Shown piece by piece: positions 26,536 through 37,268 of a stretch of DNA of 60,360 nt. Source of the DNA: Oscillospiraceae bacterium (GTDB lineage Bacteria; Bacillota; Clostridia; Christensenellales; Aristaeellaceae). The notes below the pieces were generated by a model, which made no database searches, was not told where the DNA came from, and was given only the letters and a program-made list of their open reading frames with translations. Location: assembly GCA_031286995.1 (NCBI GenBank), contig JAITTS010000097.1, positions 1 through 60,360 on the forward strand, read 5' to 3'. The position numbers and the translations under genes were made by a program. Each line of letters begins with the position of its first letter. Within the stretch, counting starts at the first letter, position 1.

Positions 26536-27369
26536 ATGGCGATCCGAGTATACAAGCCGACCTCGCCGGCCAGACGCTTTATGTCCGTGCTGACGTTTGA
26601 AGAGGTCACCAAGAAAAAGCCCGAACGTTCGCTGGTGGAATATCTAAAGAAGAACGCGGGCCGCAACCACCACGGCCACATCACCGTGCGCCACCAAGGC
26701 GGCGGCAACAAGATCAAGTACCGCATCATTGATTTTAAGCGCGACAAGGGCGGCGTGCCCGCCAAGGTAGCGGCCATTGAGTACGATCCCAATCGTTCGG
26801 CCTTCATCGCCCTGCTGCACTACGCGGATGGCGAAAAGCGCTACATTTTGGCCCCGGATGGCCTGAAGCCCGGGGATACCGTGGTATCCGGCGAGGGTGC
26901 GGATATTATGCCGGGCAACGCCATGCCCATCCGTTTCATCCCCCTGGGCACGCTCATTCACAATGTAGAGATTAAGCCCGGCCGCGGCGGCCAGCTGGTG
27001 CGCTCGGCGGGCAACGCGGCGCAGCTGATGGCCAAGGAGGGCGCTTATGCCCAGGTGCGCCTGCCCTCGGGCGAGGTGCGCATGATCCCCATGGATGCCT
27101 GCGCCACCATCGGCTCGGTAGGCAATCGCGATCACGAGAACGTGCGACTGGGCAAGGCGGGCCGCGTGCGCCACATGGGCATTCGCCCCACCGTGCGCGG
27201 CGTGGTGATGAACCCCAACGACCACCCCCACGGCGGCGGCGAGGGCAAGAGCCCGGTGGGCATGCCCGCCCCCGTCACACCCTGGGGTAAACCAGCGTTG
27301 GGCTACAAGACCCGCAAGCACAAGAAGTACTCGAATCGGTTGATCGTCAAGCGCAGGGGCAGCAAGTAA
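26536..27369 (+). CDS. rplB: 50S ribosomal protein L2
   Basis: [18 protein letters not shown]...[16 protein letters not shown]...[13 protein letters not shown]. Confidence 0.98.
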   Translation: MAIRVYKPTSPARRFMSVLTFEEVTKKKPERSLVEYLKKNAGRNHHGHITVRHQGGGNKIKYRIIDFKRDKGGVPAKVAAIEYDPNRSAFIALLHYADGEKRYILAPDGLKPGDTVVSGEGADIMPGNAMPIRFIPLGTLIHNVEIKPGRGGQLVRSAGNAAQLMAKEGAYAQVRLPSGEVRMIPMDACATIGSVGNRDHENVRLGKAGRVRHMGIRPTVRGVVMNPNDHPHGGGEGKSPVGMPAPVTPWGKPALGYKTRKHKKYSNRLIVKRRGSK

Positions 27370-27401
27370 GCTCGCACCGGCAGGAAAGGAGAAACCCTCT
27401 T

Positions 27402-27680
27402 ATGAGCAGATCGGTCAAAAAGGGCCCCTTCGTCAGCGAGCGGCTCCTGAAAAAAATCACGGAAATGAACCAGAGCGGCAAAAAGTCGGTGCTCAAGACC
27501 TGGTCCAGGGCATCCACAATCTTCCCGGATATGGTGGGGCACACCATTGCTGTGCACGATGGCCGCAAGCACGTGCCCGTGTACGTTGTGGAAGAGATGG
27601 TTGGACACAAGCTCGGTGAATTCGCCCCCACGCGCACCTTCCGAGGTCACGCCGGCGAGAAGGCCTCCGGGCGAAAGTGA
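27402..27680 (+). CDS. rpsS: 30S ribosomal protein S19
   Basis: [19 protein letters not shown]...[17 protein letters not shown]. Confidence 0.98.
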   Translation: MSRSVKKGPFVSERLLKKITEMNQSGKKSVLKTWSRASTIFPDMVGHTIAVHDGRKHVPVYVVEEMVGHKLGEFAPTRTFRGHAGEKASGRK

Positions 27681-27699
27681 CAAAGGAGTGTGAAGACGC

Positions 27700-28086
27700 A
27701 TGGCCACCAGAACCCGTGAAAAAGCCGCCGCCCGCAAAGAGAACCGCGATAAGCGGCCCCGCGCCATCGCGCGATACATCCGCATCTCGCCGCGCAAGGC
27801 CCGCATCGTTATCGACCTGATACGGGGTAAAAAGGTGAACGACGCGCTGGCGATACTGATGTACACCCCCAAGGCGGCATCCCCCATTGTGGAAAAGCTG
27901 CTTAACTCTGCCATCGCCAACGCTGAAAACAACCTCAGCTTGGATAGAAACGACCTATATGTGGCCGAAGTGTACGCAAACCCCGGGCCCACGCTCAAGC
28001 GCTTTGTGGCCCGCGCAAGGGGCAGCGCGTCGCCCATGCTCAAGCGCACCAGCCACATTACCGTCGTGCTCGACCAGAAGCAGTAA
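27700..28086 (+). CDS. rplV: 50S ribosomal protein L22
   Basis: ...[30 protein letters not shown]..., in the expected operon position. Confidence 0.96.
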   Translation: MATRTREKAAARKENRDKRPRAIARYIRISPRKARIVIDLIRGKKVNDALAILMYTPKAASPIVEKLLNSAIANAENNLSLDRNDLYVAEVYANPGPTLKRFVARARGSASPMLKRTSHITVVLDQKQ

Positions 28087-28105
28087 GGCAGAGGAGGGAA
28101 ATACA

Positions 28106-28783
28106 TTGGGTCAAAAGGTCAATCCCCATGGCGCCCGCGTGGGCATCATCAAGGACTGGAGCACCCGCTGGTACGCGGCCAAGAAGGATTTTGCACAATA
28201 TCTGGAAGATGACTACCGCCTGCGCACGATGCTCAAGAAGCGTCTGAACGCGGCGGGCGTCTCCCGCATTGATATCGAGCGCAACGCCAACAAGATAACC
28301 GTCAATCTCTTCACTGCCAAGCCGGGCGTGGTCATTGGCCGCGGCGGCGCGGGGGTAGAGCTGCTGAAAAAAGAGATAGAGCGCTTCTGCGGCAAGGCAG
28401 TCTCCCTGAACATTCTGGAGATCAAGAACCCTGAGGTGGATGCCCAGTTGGTGGCCGAGAACATCGCCCAGCAGCTGGAAAAGCGCATTTCCTTTCGCCG
28501 GGCCATGAAGCAGTGCTTGGGCCGGGCCATGAAGGGCGGGGCCAAGGGCATCAAGACCCTGGTGGCAGGCCGCTTGGGCGGGGCGGATATCGCCCGATCC
28601 GAGGGCTACCACGAGGGATCCATCCCCCTGCAAACCCTGCGCGCCAATATCGACTACGGGTTTGCCGAGGCGGCCACCACCTATGGCCGTATCGGCGTTA
28701 AGGTTTGGATATACAAGGGCCAGGTTTTGCCCAGGGCCAAAAAGGCCCCGGCCCCGGCCGCCAAGATCGAAGGAGGCAAGTAA
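28106..28783 (+). CDS. rpsC: 30S ribosomal protein S3 (TTG start)
   Basis: (L/M)[23 protein letters not shown]... GAGGAGGG lies 7 nt upstream of TTG 28106. The track ORF's upstream extension overlaps rplV. Confidence 0.95.
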   Translation: MGQKVNPHGARVGIIKDWSTRWYAAKKDFAQYLEDDYRLRTMLKKRLNAAGVSRIDIERNANKITVNLFTAKPGVVIGRGGAGVELLKKEIERFCGKAVSLNILEIKNPEVDAQLVAENIAQQLEKRISFRRAMKQCLGRAMKGGAKGIKTLVAGRLGGADIARSEGYHEGSIPLQTLRANIDYGFAEAATTYGRIGVKVWIYKGQVLPRAKKAPAPAAKIEGGK

Positions 28784-28785
28784 CC

Positions 28786-29223
28786 ATGTTGATGCCTAAA
28801 AGAGTCAAACGCCGCCGCGTATTTCGCGGCCGCATGAAGGGCAAGGCGCAGCGCGGCAACTTTTTGGCCTACGGCGATTACGGCCTGGTAGCCATGGAGC
28901 CCGCCTGGGTAACGGCCAACCAGATAGAAGCCGCTCGTATCGCCCTGACCCGTTACACCAAACGCGGCGGTCAGGTGTGGATTAAGATTTTTCCTGACAA
29001 GCCGGTTACAGAAAAGCCCGCCGAGACCCGCATGGGCTCCGGCAAAGGCTCGCCGGAATACTGGGTGGCTGTGGTCAAGCCCGGCCGGGTACTCTTTGAG
29101 ATCAAGGGCGTGCCCGAAGAGGCCGCGCGCGAGGCGCTGCGCCTTGCCCAGCACAAGCTGCCGCTAAAGACCAAGTTTATCAAGCGTGAGGAAGAAAACA
29201 TCGAAGCGGGTGGTGAGGGTTAA
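28786..29223 (+). CDS. rplP: 50S ribosomal protein L16
   Basis: [25 protein letters not shown]... An AGGAGG RBS is present. Confidence 0.97.
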   Translation: MLMPKRVKRRRVFRGRMKGKAQRGNFLAYGDYGLVAMEPAWVTANQIEAARIALTRYTKRGGQVWIKIFPDKPVTEKPAETRMGSGKGSPEYWVAVVKPGRVLFEIKGVPEEAAREALRLAQHKLPLKTKFIKREEENIEAGGEG

Positions 29224-29423
29224 TGAAGGCGAATCAGTTCAGGGAATTGGATGCGGCGCAGCTGCAGGAAAAGTTGAAGGAATTGAAGGCTGAACTCTTC
29301 ACCCTTCGTTTCCAGCTCGCCACAGGTCAATTGCAGAACACCATGGTGATATCCGGCGTCAAGCGCGACATTGCCAGGGTCAAGACCATCCTCCGTCAGC
29401 TGGAGCTTAAGGCGCAGGCCTGA
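29223..29423 (+). CDS. rpmC: 50S ribosomal protein L29
   Basis: [39 protein letters not shown]. It overlaps the rplP stop in a TAATG arrangement. Confidence 0.96.
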   Translation: MKANQFRELDAAQLQEKLKELKAELFTLRFQLATGQLQNTMVISGVKRDIARVKTILRQLELKAQA

Positions 29424-29467
29424 TCGACAGGCCGATAGGCTACAAAAAAAGGGAGGCAACCGTTTCA

Positions 29468-29728
29468 ATGTCTGAAAATCGTGGCATGAGAAAGACGCGC
29501 GTGGGCGTAGTGGTCAGCGATAAGATGGAGAAGACCATCACCGTGGCCATCAAGACGCGCGTGCGCCATCCGCTGTATGGCAAGATTATGAACCAGACCA
29601 CCAAGCTCAAGGCCCATGACGAACAGAACGCCTGCGGCCTTGGCGACACCGTGCGGGTGATGGAAACCCGTCCGTTGAGCCGTGACAAGCGTTGGCGCCT
29701 GGTCGAGATCATCGAAAAGGCGAAGTAA
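29468..29728 (+). CDS. rpsQ: 30S ribosomal protein S17
   Basis: ...[32 protein letters not shown]... Confidence 0.96.
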   Translation: MSENRGMRKTRVGVVVSDKMEKTITVAIKTRVRHPLYGKIMNQTTKLKAHDEQNACGLGDTVRVMETRPLSRDKRWRLVEIIEKAK

Positions 29729-29755
29729 CGCCCGCCGTGAAGGAGGAAAAACCCT

Positions 29756-30124
29756 ATGATTCAGCCGCAAACGCGCCTTAAGGTGGCCGACAACACCGGC
29801 GCGAAAGAGATCATGTGCATCCGCGTGCTGGGCGGCTCTTTCCGCCGCGCCGGCTCCATTGGCGACGTGATTGTCGCCGCGGTCAAGAGCGCAACGCCCG
29901 GCGGCGTTGTAAAGAAAGGCGATGTGGTCAAGGCCGTTATCGTGCGCACCCACAAGGAACGCCGCCGTCCGGATGGTTCTTACATCCGCTTCGACGACAA
30001 CGCTGCGGTGGTCATCAACGACGCCAAGCAGCCCCGCGGTACCCGCATCTTTGGGCCGGTGGCCCGCGAGCTGCGCGAGAAGGATTTTATGAAGATCGTT
30101 TCGCTGGCGCCAGAAGTGCTGTAA
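29756..30124 (+). CDS. rplN: 50S ribosomal protein L14
   Basis: [27 protein letters not shown]... Confidence 0.98.
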   Translation: MIQPQTRLKVADNTGAKEIMCIRVLGGSFRRAGSIGDVIVAAVKSATPGGVVKKGDVVKAVIVRTHKERRRPDGSYIRFDDNAAVVINDAKQPRGTRIFGPVARELREKDFMKIVSLAPEVL

Positions 30125-30137
30125 GGAGGTGGACGAC

Positions 30138-30470
30138 ATGACAACAGCAAAAAAATTGCACGTGCGGCACGACGATGTAGTGGTCGTCATCTCCGGTACG
30201 GATAAGGGCAAGAAGGGCAAGGTGCTCTCGGCTTATCCCAAGACCGGCAGGGTCGTGGTAGAAGGCGTGCGCATGGTCACCAAGCACCAAAAGCCCCGCA
30301 ACGCCGGCGCGCCCGGCGGTATCATCCACAAGGAAGCGCCCATCGACGCATCCAAGGTACTGCTTTTGTGCAGTTCGTGCAGCAGGCCCGTCCGGCAGGG
30401 TTACAAGATCCTCGAAGACGGCACGAAGGTTCGCGTGTGCAAGCGGTGCGGCGCGTCCTTCGACAACTAA
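30138..30470 (+). CDS. rplX: 50S ribosomal protein L24 (four-cysteine variant)
   Basis: [25 protein letters not shown]...[13 protein letters not shown] is the KOW core. The C-terminal part contains CSSC...(16 aa)...CKRC. AAGGAGG lies 8 nt before ATG 30138; the track start is GTG 30129. Confidence 0.95.
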   Translation: MTTAKKLHVRHDDVVVVISGTDKGKKGKVLSAYPKTGRVVVEGVRMVTKHQKPRNAGAPGGIIHKEAPIDASKVLLLCSSCSRPVRQGYKILEDGTKVRVCKRCGASFDN

Positions 30471-30487
30471 GAGGGAGGACGCAAGCG

Positions 30488-31030
30488 ATGCAAGCACGGC
30501 TGAAGGATAAATACGCGGCCGAGGTAATCCCCGCGCTCAAGCAAAAATTCGGTTATCAAAATGTCAACCAGGTCCCCAGGCTGCACAAAGTGGTCATCAA
30601 TATGGGCCTGGGCGACTGCAAGGACAACCCCAAGGAGCTTGAGGCCGCTGTGGCCGACCTGACGGCTATCGCCGGGCAAAAGCCCGTCGTCACCAAGGCG
30701 CGCAAGTCCGTGGCAAACTTTAAGGTGCGCCAGGGCATGAACATAGGGGCCAAGGTCACCCTGCGTGGCGAGCGGATGTATCTGTTTGTGGATAAGCTGC
30801 TCAACATCGCCCTGCCACGCGTGCGCGACTTTCACGGCGTTTCCCCCAAGGCCTTTGATGGCCGCGGCAACTACGCCCTGGGCATCCGCGAGCAACTGCT
30901 TTTTCCCGAGATTGATTACGACAAGGTGGTCAAAATCCGCGGCATGGAGATGATCTTCGTCACATCCGCCGCCACGGATGAGGAATCGCGGGAACTGCTG
31001 CGGCTGCTGGGCATGCCGTTTGCACAGTAG
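30488..31030 (+). CDS. rplE: 50S ribosomal protein L5
   Basis: [40 protein letters not shown]... Trimmed to ATG 30488. Confidence 0.97.
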   Translation: MQARLKDKYAAEVIPALKQKFGYQNVNQVPRLHKVVINMGLGDCKDNPKELEAAVADLTAIAGQKPVVTKARKSVANFKVRQGMNIGAKVTLRGERMYLFVDKLLNIALPRVRDFHGVSPKAFDGRGNYALGIREQLLFPEIDYDKVVKIRGMEMIFVTSAATDEESRELLRLLGMPFAQ

Positions 31031-31057
31031 CCCCAAGACTGAAGGAGGAAGCAAGCC

Positions 31058-31243
31058 ATGGCCAAGACAAGCATGATCTTAAAGCAGCAGAGACCGGCCA
31101 AGTTTTCCACCCGCGCCTACACGCGTTGCCGCCTGTGCGGGCGGCCCCACTCGGTGCTGCGCAAGTACGGGGTGTGCCGCATCTGCTTTCGAGAGCTGGC
31201 CTATGCCGGCCAGATACCCGGCATCCGCAAGGCCAGTTGGTAA
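31058..31243 (+). CDS. rpsN: 30S ribosomal protein S14, type Z (zinc-binding)
   Basis: 61 aa: [46 protein letters not shown], with two CxxC pairs. Confidence 0.97.
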   Translation: MAKTSMILKQQRPAKFSTRAYTRCRLCGRPHSVLRKYGVCRICFRELAYAGQIPGIRKASW

Positions 31244-31270
31244 GCGGCAACAACGGAAGGAGGTTTCATA

Positions 31271-31669
31271 ATGCTCGTAAACGACCCCATTGCCGATATG
31301 CTTACACGCATTCGCAATGCGCAAATCGCCAAGCACGACAACGTGGTGATCCCCGCATCCAACACCAAGAAGGCCATCGCCAAGATTCTGTTGGCGGAAG
31401 GCTACATCAAAAGTGTGGATTTCATTAACGACGGTTTGGCCGGCAGTATTAAGCTCGTCCTGAAGTATGCGGAGGGCAAGCAGAGCGTCATCGTGGGCCT
31501 CAAGCGCATCAGCCGCCCCGGCCTGCGCGTGTACGCCAACTACGACAAGCTTCCCAGGGTACTGGGTGGCCTGGGCGTGGCGCTTATCTCCACATCCAAG
31601 GGCGTCATGACCGACAAGGATGCCCGCAAAAACCAGGTTGGCGGCGAAGTGCTGGCCTACATCTGGTAA
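31271..31669 (+). CDS. rpsH: 30S ribosomal protein S8
   Basis: [23 protein letters not shown]... Confidence 0.98.
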   Translation: MLVNDPIADMLTRIRNAQIAKHDNVVIPASNTKKAIAKILLAEGYIKSVDFINDGLAGSIKLVLKYAEGKQSVIVGLKRISRPGLRVYANYDKLPRVLGGLGVALISTSKGVMTDKDARKNQVGGEVLAYIW

Positions 31670-31696
31670 CCGAAGCGCACGAGGAGGTGTAACCCA

Positions 31697-32239
31697 ATGT
31701 CCCGTATCGGAAAGCTTCCGATCACCATCCCTGCGGGCGTTACGGTTGATGTGTCGGCTGATAATACCGTCACGGTCAAAGGCCCCAAGGGAATCCTTTC
31801 GCAGCAGGTGAACCGTGATATCGCCATCCAGAAGGATGGCAACGTGCTCACCCTAACGCGCCCTACGGATTCGAAACCCCATAAATCCATGCATGGGCTG
31901 TACAGGTCGCTGGTGAACAACCTGGTGGTAGGCGTCACAGACGGTTACAGCAAGACGCTGGAACTGGTAGGCACCGGCTACCGCGCCCAGGCCCAGGGCA
32001 AGACCCTGACCATCAACATCGGTTACTCGCACCCCGTGGTGTTTGAGGCCCCGGATACTGTCATTTTCGAGACCCCCGCGCCCACCCGCATCGTGGTGCG
32101 CGGCATCGACAAGCAACAGGTGGGCAATTTGGCCGCCGACATCCGCGCTGTGCGCAAACCCGAGCCCTACCTGGGCAAGGGCATCAAGTACGCAGATGAA
32201 GTGATACGCCGCAAGGAAGGCAAGGCAGGCAAAAAGTAA
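31697..32239 (+). CDS. rplF: 50S ribosomal protein L6
   Basis: [20 protein letters not shown]...VTVKGPKG... Confidence 0.98.
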   Translation: MSRIGKLPITIPAGVTVDVSADNTVTVKGPKGILSQQVNRDIAIQKDGNVLTLTRPTDSKPHKSMHGLYRSLVNNLVVGVTDGYSKTLELVGTGYRAQAQGKTLTINIGYSHPVVFEAPDTVIFETPAPTRIVVRGIDKQQVGNLAADIRAVRKPEPYLGKGIKYADEVIRRKEGKAGKK

Positions 32240-32257
32240 AGGAGGGAGTGAGCGCAT

Positions 32258-32626
32258 ATGTTTGCTACAAACGATCGCAATAAACTTCGCAGGGCAAGGC
32301 ACCTGCGCGTCCGCAAAAAGATCAGCGGCACGCCCGAGTTGCCGCGCCTGTGCGTGTACCGCAGCTTGAACCACATTTACACCCAGGTGGTGGATGACAC
32401 CAGGGGCTGTACGCTGGTTTCCGCATCCACGCTGGATCCGGCCATCCGCACCCAGTTGGGCGAGTTGGATAAGAAGGGCGCATCCAAGCTGGTGGGCAAG
32501 GCTGTGGCTGAGCGCGCGCTCGCGGCCGGCATCCAGCAGGTGGTCTTTGACCGCGGCGGGTACGTGTACACGGGTCGTGTGGCCGAAGTGGCCGCAGGCG
32601 CCCGCGAAGCCGGGCTGCACTTCTGA
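32258..32626 (+). CDS. rplR: 50S ribosomal protein L18
   Basis: ...[34 protein letters not shown]... Confidence 0.97.
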   Translation: MFATNDRNKLRRARHLRVRKKISGTPELPRLCVYRSLNHIYTQVVDDTRGCTLVSASTLDPAIRTQLGELDKKGASKLVGKAVAERALAAGIQQVVFDRGGYVYTGRVAEVAAGAREAGLHF

Positions 32627-32644
32627 TTGAGGGAGGATGGACGC

Positions 32645-33142
32645 ATGCAACGCTACGAACAGGTTAGCGAGTTTAAAGAAAAACTGGTGTCGGTCAACCG
32701 CGTCACCAAGGTTGTCAAGGGCGGCAGAAATTTCCGCTTTTCGGCGCTTGTGGTGGTGGGTGATGAAAAGGGCCGGGTGGGCTGTGGCCTGGGTAAGGCC
32801 ACGGAAATCCCCGAGGCTATCCGCAAGGCGGTAGAGGATGCCAAGAAGCAACTGATCACCGTGCCCCTGAAGAATACCACCATCCCCCATGAATCCACCG
32901 GTTACTACGGCACCGGCAAGGTGCTGCTGCTGCCAGCGCCAGAGGGCACCGGCGTCATCGCGGGCGGCCCTGCCCGCGCCGTGCTGGAGCTGGTGGGCGT
33001 CAAGGATATCCGCACCAAGTCCTTTGGCACCAACAACCCCATCAACATGGTCAAGGCCACCATCGCGGGGCTTAAGCAGTTGCGCTCGGCCGAACAGGTC
33101 GCCAAGCTGCGCGGCAAGACCGTGGAAGAGATGCTGGGGTAA
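32645..33142 (+). CDS. rpsE: 30S ribosomal protein S5
   Basis: ...[29 protein letters not shown]... A GAGGGAGGA RBS lies before ATG 32645. Confidence 0.97.
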   Translation: MQRYEQVSEFKEKLVSVNRVTKVVKGGRNFRFSALVVVGDEKGRVGCGLGKATEIPEAIRKAVEDAKKQLITVPLKNTTIPHESTGYYGTGKVLLLPAPEGTGVIAGGPARAVLELVGVKDIRTKSFGTNNPINMVKATIAGLKQLRSAEQVAKLRGKTVEEMLG

Positions 33143-33155
33143 GGAGGGAAGAACC

Positions 33156-33338
33156 ATGAAGCTGCACGTAACCCTTGTCAAATCCCCCATATCCAGCAAA
33201 CCCAACCACGTCAAGGTGGTCGAGGCCCTGGGTCTTCACAAAATGCACCAGACCAAGGTGCATCAGGATACTCCGTCCATCCGCGGCATGATCTTTCGGG
33301 TGAAGCACCTGGTGCGCGTGGAAGAGATCGCAGACTGA
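33156..33338 (+). CDS. rpmD: 50S ribosomal protein L30
   Basis: 60 aa: [57 protein letters not shown]. An AAGGAGGGAAG RBS is present. In the track it is hidden inside a longer out-of-context ORF. Confidence 0.95.
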   Translation: MKLHVTLVKSPISSKPNHVKVVEALGLHKMHQTKVHQDTPSIRGMIFRVKHLVRVEEIAD

Positions 33339-33349
33339 GGAGGTTTTCC

Positions 33350-33790
33350 ATGAAACTGCATGAGCTGAAACCCGCCCCCGGTTCTACTACCGCGCCCAAG
33401 AGACTGGGCCGCGGTATCGGTTCCGGCCTGGGCAAAACCTCCGGTAAGGGGCACAAGGGCGCTAAGGCCCGCAGCGGCGGCGGCAAGCGCCCCGGGTTTG
33501 AGGGCGGCCAGATGCCCCTTGTGCGCCGCATCCCCAAGCGCGGCTTTACCAACATCTTTTCGGTCGAGTACGAGACCATCAATGTCGAGCGTTTAGAGAT
33601 CTTTGCCGACGGCGCAGAGGTGACCGCCCAGTCGCTGATTGAGGCGGGCGTCATCAAAAAGGCGCTGGATGGCGTAAAGGTGCTGGGCGGCGGCGAGTTG
33701 ACCAAGAAGCTGACAGTAAAGGCCGTCAAGTTCACCGCATCGGCGAAGCAAAAGATAGAGGCGGCCGGCGGGAAGGCCGAGGTGATCTGA
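33350..33790 (+). CDS. rplO: 50S ribosomal protein L15
   Basis: [37 protein letters not shown]... Confidence 0.98.
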   Translation: MKLHELKPAPGSTTAPKRLGRGIGSGLGKTSGKGHKGAKARSGGGKRPGFEGGQMPLVRRIPKRGFTNIFSVEYETINVERLEIFADGAEVTAQSLIEAGVIKKALDGVKVLGGGELTKKLTVKAVKFTASAKQKIEAAGGKAEVI

Positions 33791-33791
33791 C

Positions 33792-35036
33792 ATGTTTGAG
33801 ACGCTTCGCAATGCATGGCGGATACCGGATCTGCGCAAGAAGATATTCTACACGCTCATCATGCTGCTCATCTATCGTTTGCTGGGCGTGGTGCCCGTAC
33901 CGGGCATCAATTTAGGTGCGGTGCAGGAGAGCGTGGCGCGCTTTGACCTGCTGGAGTTTATGAACACCATGACCGGCGGGTCGCTCTCCAACATGACCGT
34001 CATGGCCATGGGCATCACCCCCTACATCAACTCTTCCATCATCATGCAGTTGCTGACCGTGGCCATACCGGCCCTGGAGCGCATGCAGAAGGAGGGGGAC
34101 GAAGGCCGTAAAAAGTTGGCCCAGTGGAGCCGCTACCTGACGGTCATCCTGGCCTTCATCCAGGCGGTGGGGCTGGTCTACAGCATGCGCGCCAGCACGG
34201 ATGGCACCTTTATCTCCTACCTGATCATCGGCATCGCCATGGCTGCGGGCACATCCCTGGCCATGTGGATCGGCGAACGCATCACCGAGGAGGGCGTGGG
34301 CAACGGCATCTCGCTGCTGATCTTTACGGGCATCGTATCCCGCCTGTTCACCTGGAGCGTGTCGGGGCTGCAGAATCTTTTCGCAGGCACTATGAATTGG
34401 CTGATCTTTCTGCTGGTTCTGGTGGCGGGCTTGGCCATGATCGTGGCCGTCACCTTTGTGGATATGGGCGAGCGCCGCGTGCCTGTGCAGTATGCCAAGC
34501 GCATGCAAGGCCGTAAGATGTACGGCGGCCAATCCACCCACATCCCGATGAAGGTGAATTCCACCGGCGTGCTGCCGTTGATCTTCGCTTTCTCCATCCT
34601 GCAGTTTCCGGGCACCATCCTGGCTTTCTGGCCTCAATCCGGCGTGGCCGTGTGGTGGGGCCAGTTCCAGAGCGGCGCCGCCTACCAGCTGCTGCTGGCG
34701 CTGCTGATCGGCGGCTTCACCTTCTTCTACACCAGCATCTCTTTCAACCCGGCAGATATCAGCAAGAACATGCAGCAGTACGGCGGTACCATCCCCGGCA
34801 TACGCCAGGGGCGGCCCACCACCGAGTACCTCGCCCGGGTATCCAACCGGCTGACGCTCTTTGGCGCGCTGTTCTTGGCTGTGCTGGCCACCCTGCCCAC
34901 GCTGATGACCAATCTCTCCGGCCAGTCGTTGCCCTTTGCGGCTTCATCCCTGCTGATCGCGGTCAGCGTGGCCATTGAGACCACCCGTCAGTTGGAATCC
35001 CAGATGCTGATGCGTCACTACAAGGGCTTCCTGTAA
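33792..35036 (+). CDS. secY: Preprotein translocase subunit SecY
   Basis: 414-aa multi-TM protein: ...LRKKIFYTLIMLLIYRLLGVVPVPGIN...GITPYINSSIIMQLL..., in the expected operon position. Confidence 0.97.
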   Translation: MFETLRNAWRIPDLRKKIFYTLIMLLIYRLLGVVPVPGINLGAVQESVARFDLLEFMNTMTGGSLSNMTVMAMGITPYINSSIIMQLLTVAIPALERMQKEGDEGRKKLAQWSRYLTVILAFIQAVGLVYSMRASTDGTFISYLIIGIAMAAGTSLAMWIGERITEEGVGNGISLLIFTGIVSRLFTWSVSGLQNLFAGTMNWLIFLLVLVAGLAMIVAVTFVDMGERRVPVQYAKRMQGRKMYGGQSTHIPMKVNSTGVLPLIFAFSILQFPGTILAFWPQSGVAVWWGQFQSGAAYQLLLALLIGGFTFFYTSISFNPADISKNMQQYGGTIPGIRQGRPTTEYLARVSNRLTLFGALFLAVLATLPTLMTNLSGQSLPFAASSLLIAVSVAIETTRQLESQMLMRHYKGFL

Positions 35037-35064
35037 ACCGGGCGGCAAAGGAGCGCGAGAGATA

Positions 35065-35694
35065 ATGAAGATCGTATTCCTCGGCCCGCCGGGCGCGGGC
35101 AAGGGCACCCAGGCGCAGCGTGTGAGCGTGGTGCTGGGCATTCCCCAAATTTCTACCGGTGACATTCTCCGCCGGGCCATGCGGGAGGAGACCACGACGG
35201 GCTTGGAGGCGAAAGCCTACGTGGATAAAGGACATCTGGTGCCGGATGAACTGATGATCCAGATTGTGCGTGAGCGCCTGACCCAGCCGGATTGTCTGGA
35301 TGGCTACATTTTGGATGGTTTTCCCCGCACCGTGCCCCAAGCGGAGGCACTGGAGAAGGTGGCATCCCTGGATGCGGTGGTGAACATCAATATCCACGAC
35401 GAAGCGCTCGTGGCGCGGTTGTCGGGCCGCCGGGTCTGTCTGGATTGCGGGGCCACCTACCACATCAACCACCTGGGCGGCAAGACGGTCTGCGACGCCT
35501 GCGGGGCCGACCTGATCCTGCGTGAGGACGACAGACCGGAGACTGTGCAGAACCGCTTGAACGTCTACCATGCCCAAACCAAGCCCCTGGTAGATTATTA
35601 CACCACCCGCGGCTTGGTACACACTGTGGCGGGCGACCAACCGCCGGATGCCTGCTTCGCCGCCATATTGGAGACCCTGGGGGCGCGTCGATGA
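35065..35694 (+). CDS. adk: Adenylate kinase (zinc-lid type)
   Basis: MKIVFLGPPGAGKGTQAQ... The lid carries CLDCG...CDAC. Confidence 0.97.
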   Translation: MKIVFLGPPGAGKGTQAQRVSVVLGIPQISTGDILRRAMREETTTGLEAKAYVDKGHLVPDELMIQIVRERLTQPDCLDGYILDGFPRTVPQAEALEKVASLDAVVNINIHDEALVARLSGRRVCLDCGATYHINHLGGKTVCDACGADLILREDDRPETVQNRLNVYHAQTKPLVDYYTTRGLVHTVAGDQPPDACFAAILETLGARR

Positions 35695-36464
35695 TCAGCA
35701 TCAAAAACCCCGGCCAACTGCAGAAGATGCGGGCGGCGGGGGCCTTGTTGCATCAAGTACTGGCCCAGGTGCGGGCCATGATAGGCCCTGGGGTCACCAC
35801 CGCGCAGATAGACCGTTTGGCAGAGCAACTGATCCGCAAGCATGGCGCGGTGCCATCCTTTCTGCACTACCAGGGTTACCCTGCGTGCCTGTGCACATCG
35901 GTGGATGACCGGGTGGTGCACGGCATACCGGATGGCACGCCCCTGCGCGAGGGCCAGATACTCAGTGTGGATGGCGGGCTGATATTGGATGGATGGCACG
36001 CGGATAGCGCTTTTACCGTGGGCATCGGCCAAATATCCCAAGAGGCCGCCAGGCTGATAGAGGTGACGGAACGCAGCTTTTTCGAAGGCATGGCCCAGGC
36101 CAGAGAAGGCAACCGCATTGGGGATATCGGCAACGCGGTGCAAAGCTTTGCAGAGGCCCACGGCTGTAGCGCAGTGCGCGCCCTGTGCGGGCATGGCATC
36201 GGCCGGGCCCTGCACGAGGATCCCGAGGTGCCCAACTACGGTGAGGCCGGGCACGGCGTGCGATTGCGGGCGGGCATGACCGTGGCCATAGAGCCCATGA
36301 TCGCGGCGGGCGGCTGGGCGGTGCGCACCCTGCCGGATGGCTGGACGGTGGTGACCGAGGATGGCAGCCTGTGTGCCCATTATGAGCACACGGTGGTCGT
36401 TACGCAGGGCGCGCCGGAGATACTGACCCTGCCTGGTTACGAGGGAAAGGGGGCGACGGTGTGA
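35691..36464 (+). CDS. map: Type I methionine aminopeptidase
   Basis: ...VHGIPDG..LREGQILSVDGG......HGIGRALHEDPEVPNYG......IEPMI... It overlaps the adk stop in an ATGA arrangement. Confidence 0.96.
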   Translation: MISIKNPGQLQKMRAAGALLHQVLAQVRAMIGPGVTTAQIDRLAEQLIRKHGAVPSFLHYQGYPACLCTSVDDRVVHGIPDGTPLREGQILSVDGGLILDGWHADSAFTVGIGQISQEAARLIEVTERSFFEGMAQAREGNRIGDIGNAVQSFAEAHGCSAVRALCGHGIGRALHEDPEVPNYGEAGHGVRLRAGMTVAIEPMIAAGGWAVRTLPDGWTVVTEDGSLCAHYEHTVVVTQGAPEILTLPGYEGKGATV

Positions 36465-36760
36465 AGCCCTTTCCCATAGAGATTGGCCGGGTGGTCTGCT
36501 CCAAGGCGGGGCGAGATGCTGGCCGGGCCCTGGTGGTGCTGGCGGTGGAGGATGAGCGCTATGTGCGTGTGGCCGACGGCAGGCTGCGCACGGTGGCTAA
36601 GCCTAAGCGCAAAAAGGTGTTGCATTTGGTTGCCAAGCCGGAATGTTTTACCAGTGTGCGGGAGAAACTAACCCAAGGTGTGCCCATTTTAGACGCCGAG
36701 TTGCGCGCCGCGCTGGAAGCGGCAGGATATCGACAGGCGCAAGCGCCGCAGGGAGGGTGA
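36461..36760 (+). CDS. Small KOW-domain RNA-binding protein (L14e-like), sitting between map and infA
   Basis: 99 aa: [34 protein letters not shown]...[10 protein letters not shown]. The GTG start overlaps the map stop. Confidence 0.7.
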   Translation: MKPFPIEIGRVVCSKAGRDAGRALVVLAVEDERYVRVADGRLRTVAKPKRKKVLHLVAKPECFTSVREKLTQGVPILDAELRAALEAAGYRQAQAPQGG

Positions 36761-36764
36761 ACGC

Positions 36765-36986
36765 GTGGCAAAGAGCGACAATATTGAGGTGGAAGGCGTC
36801 GTATCCGAGGTACTGCCCAACGCGGTATTCCAGGTGGATCTGCCAAACGGGCACCGCGTCATGGCCCACATCTCCGGCAAGATGCGCATGAACTTTATCC
36901 GCATTTACCCGGGGGACAAGGTGACGGTCGAGCTCTCTCCCTACGATTTGACCAGAGGACGCATCACCTGGCGCAGCAAGGGTTGA
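36765..36986 (+). CDS. infA: Translation initiation factor IF-1 (GTG start)
   Basis: [70 protein letters not shown]. Confidence 0.98.
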   Translation: MAKSDNIEVEGVVSEVLPNAVFQVDLPNGHRVMAHISGKMRMNFIRIYPGDKVTVELSPYDLTRGRITWRSKG

Positions 36987-37015
36987 GCATAGTTATCCGA
37001 TAGGAGGATCGCGTT

Positions 37016-37129
37016 ATGAAAGTTAGGCCTTCGGTAAAGCCCATCTGTGAAAAGTGCAAGATTATCAAGCGCAAGGGGCGCGTTATGATCATTTGCGAGA
37101 ACCCTAAACACAAGCAAAAGCAGGGCTAA
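37016..37129 (+). CDS. rpmJ: 50S ribosomal protein L36
   Basis: Not in the ORF track because it is under 60 aa. My own translation is [37 protein letters not shown], with a TAGGAGGA RBS. Confidence 0.96.
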   Translation: MKVRPSVKPICEKCKIIKRKGRVMIICENPKHKQKQG

Positions 37130-37268
37130 GGCCCCCAATCAGGCAGAAAGGATCGCTTGGGCGGCTGCGCAGGCCATGCCTGTGTTCCGGGCGGCTTTTC
37201 ATACAGCGCACGCTCGCGTGCGCCCCGTCGTAACAATCCGTGAACAAAGCTGGAGGTGCTTGTAGAAC

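Noticed and set aside
31853-33214. A 453-aa minus-strand ORF, together with many similar long ORFs in the track. Examples are 3856-4887 (+), 16348-17427 (+), 1487-2713 (+), 38074-38736 (-), 39012-39728 (-), 45999-46835 (-) and 50561-51490 (-).
   Set aside because: They lie antisense to, or out of frame with, strongly conserved genes such as the ribosomal proteins, the sortase, manA, rpsD, rpoA, ilvB and ilvD. Their translations are Arg/Gly/Ala/Pro/His-rich low-complexity sequence with no recognisable motif and no RBS. This is the expected artefact of stop-codon-poor alternative frames in high-GC DNA.
37130-37268. A 139-bp spacer between rpmJ and rpsM containing a perfect hairpin, GCGCACG-CTCG-CGTGCGC (37206-37223), considered as a terminator or leader element.
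   Set aside because: No U-tract follows it and I recognise no motif. It may be an internal processing or promoter region of the alpha operon, but there is not enough evidence to call a feature.
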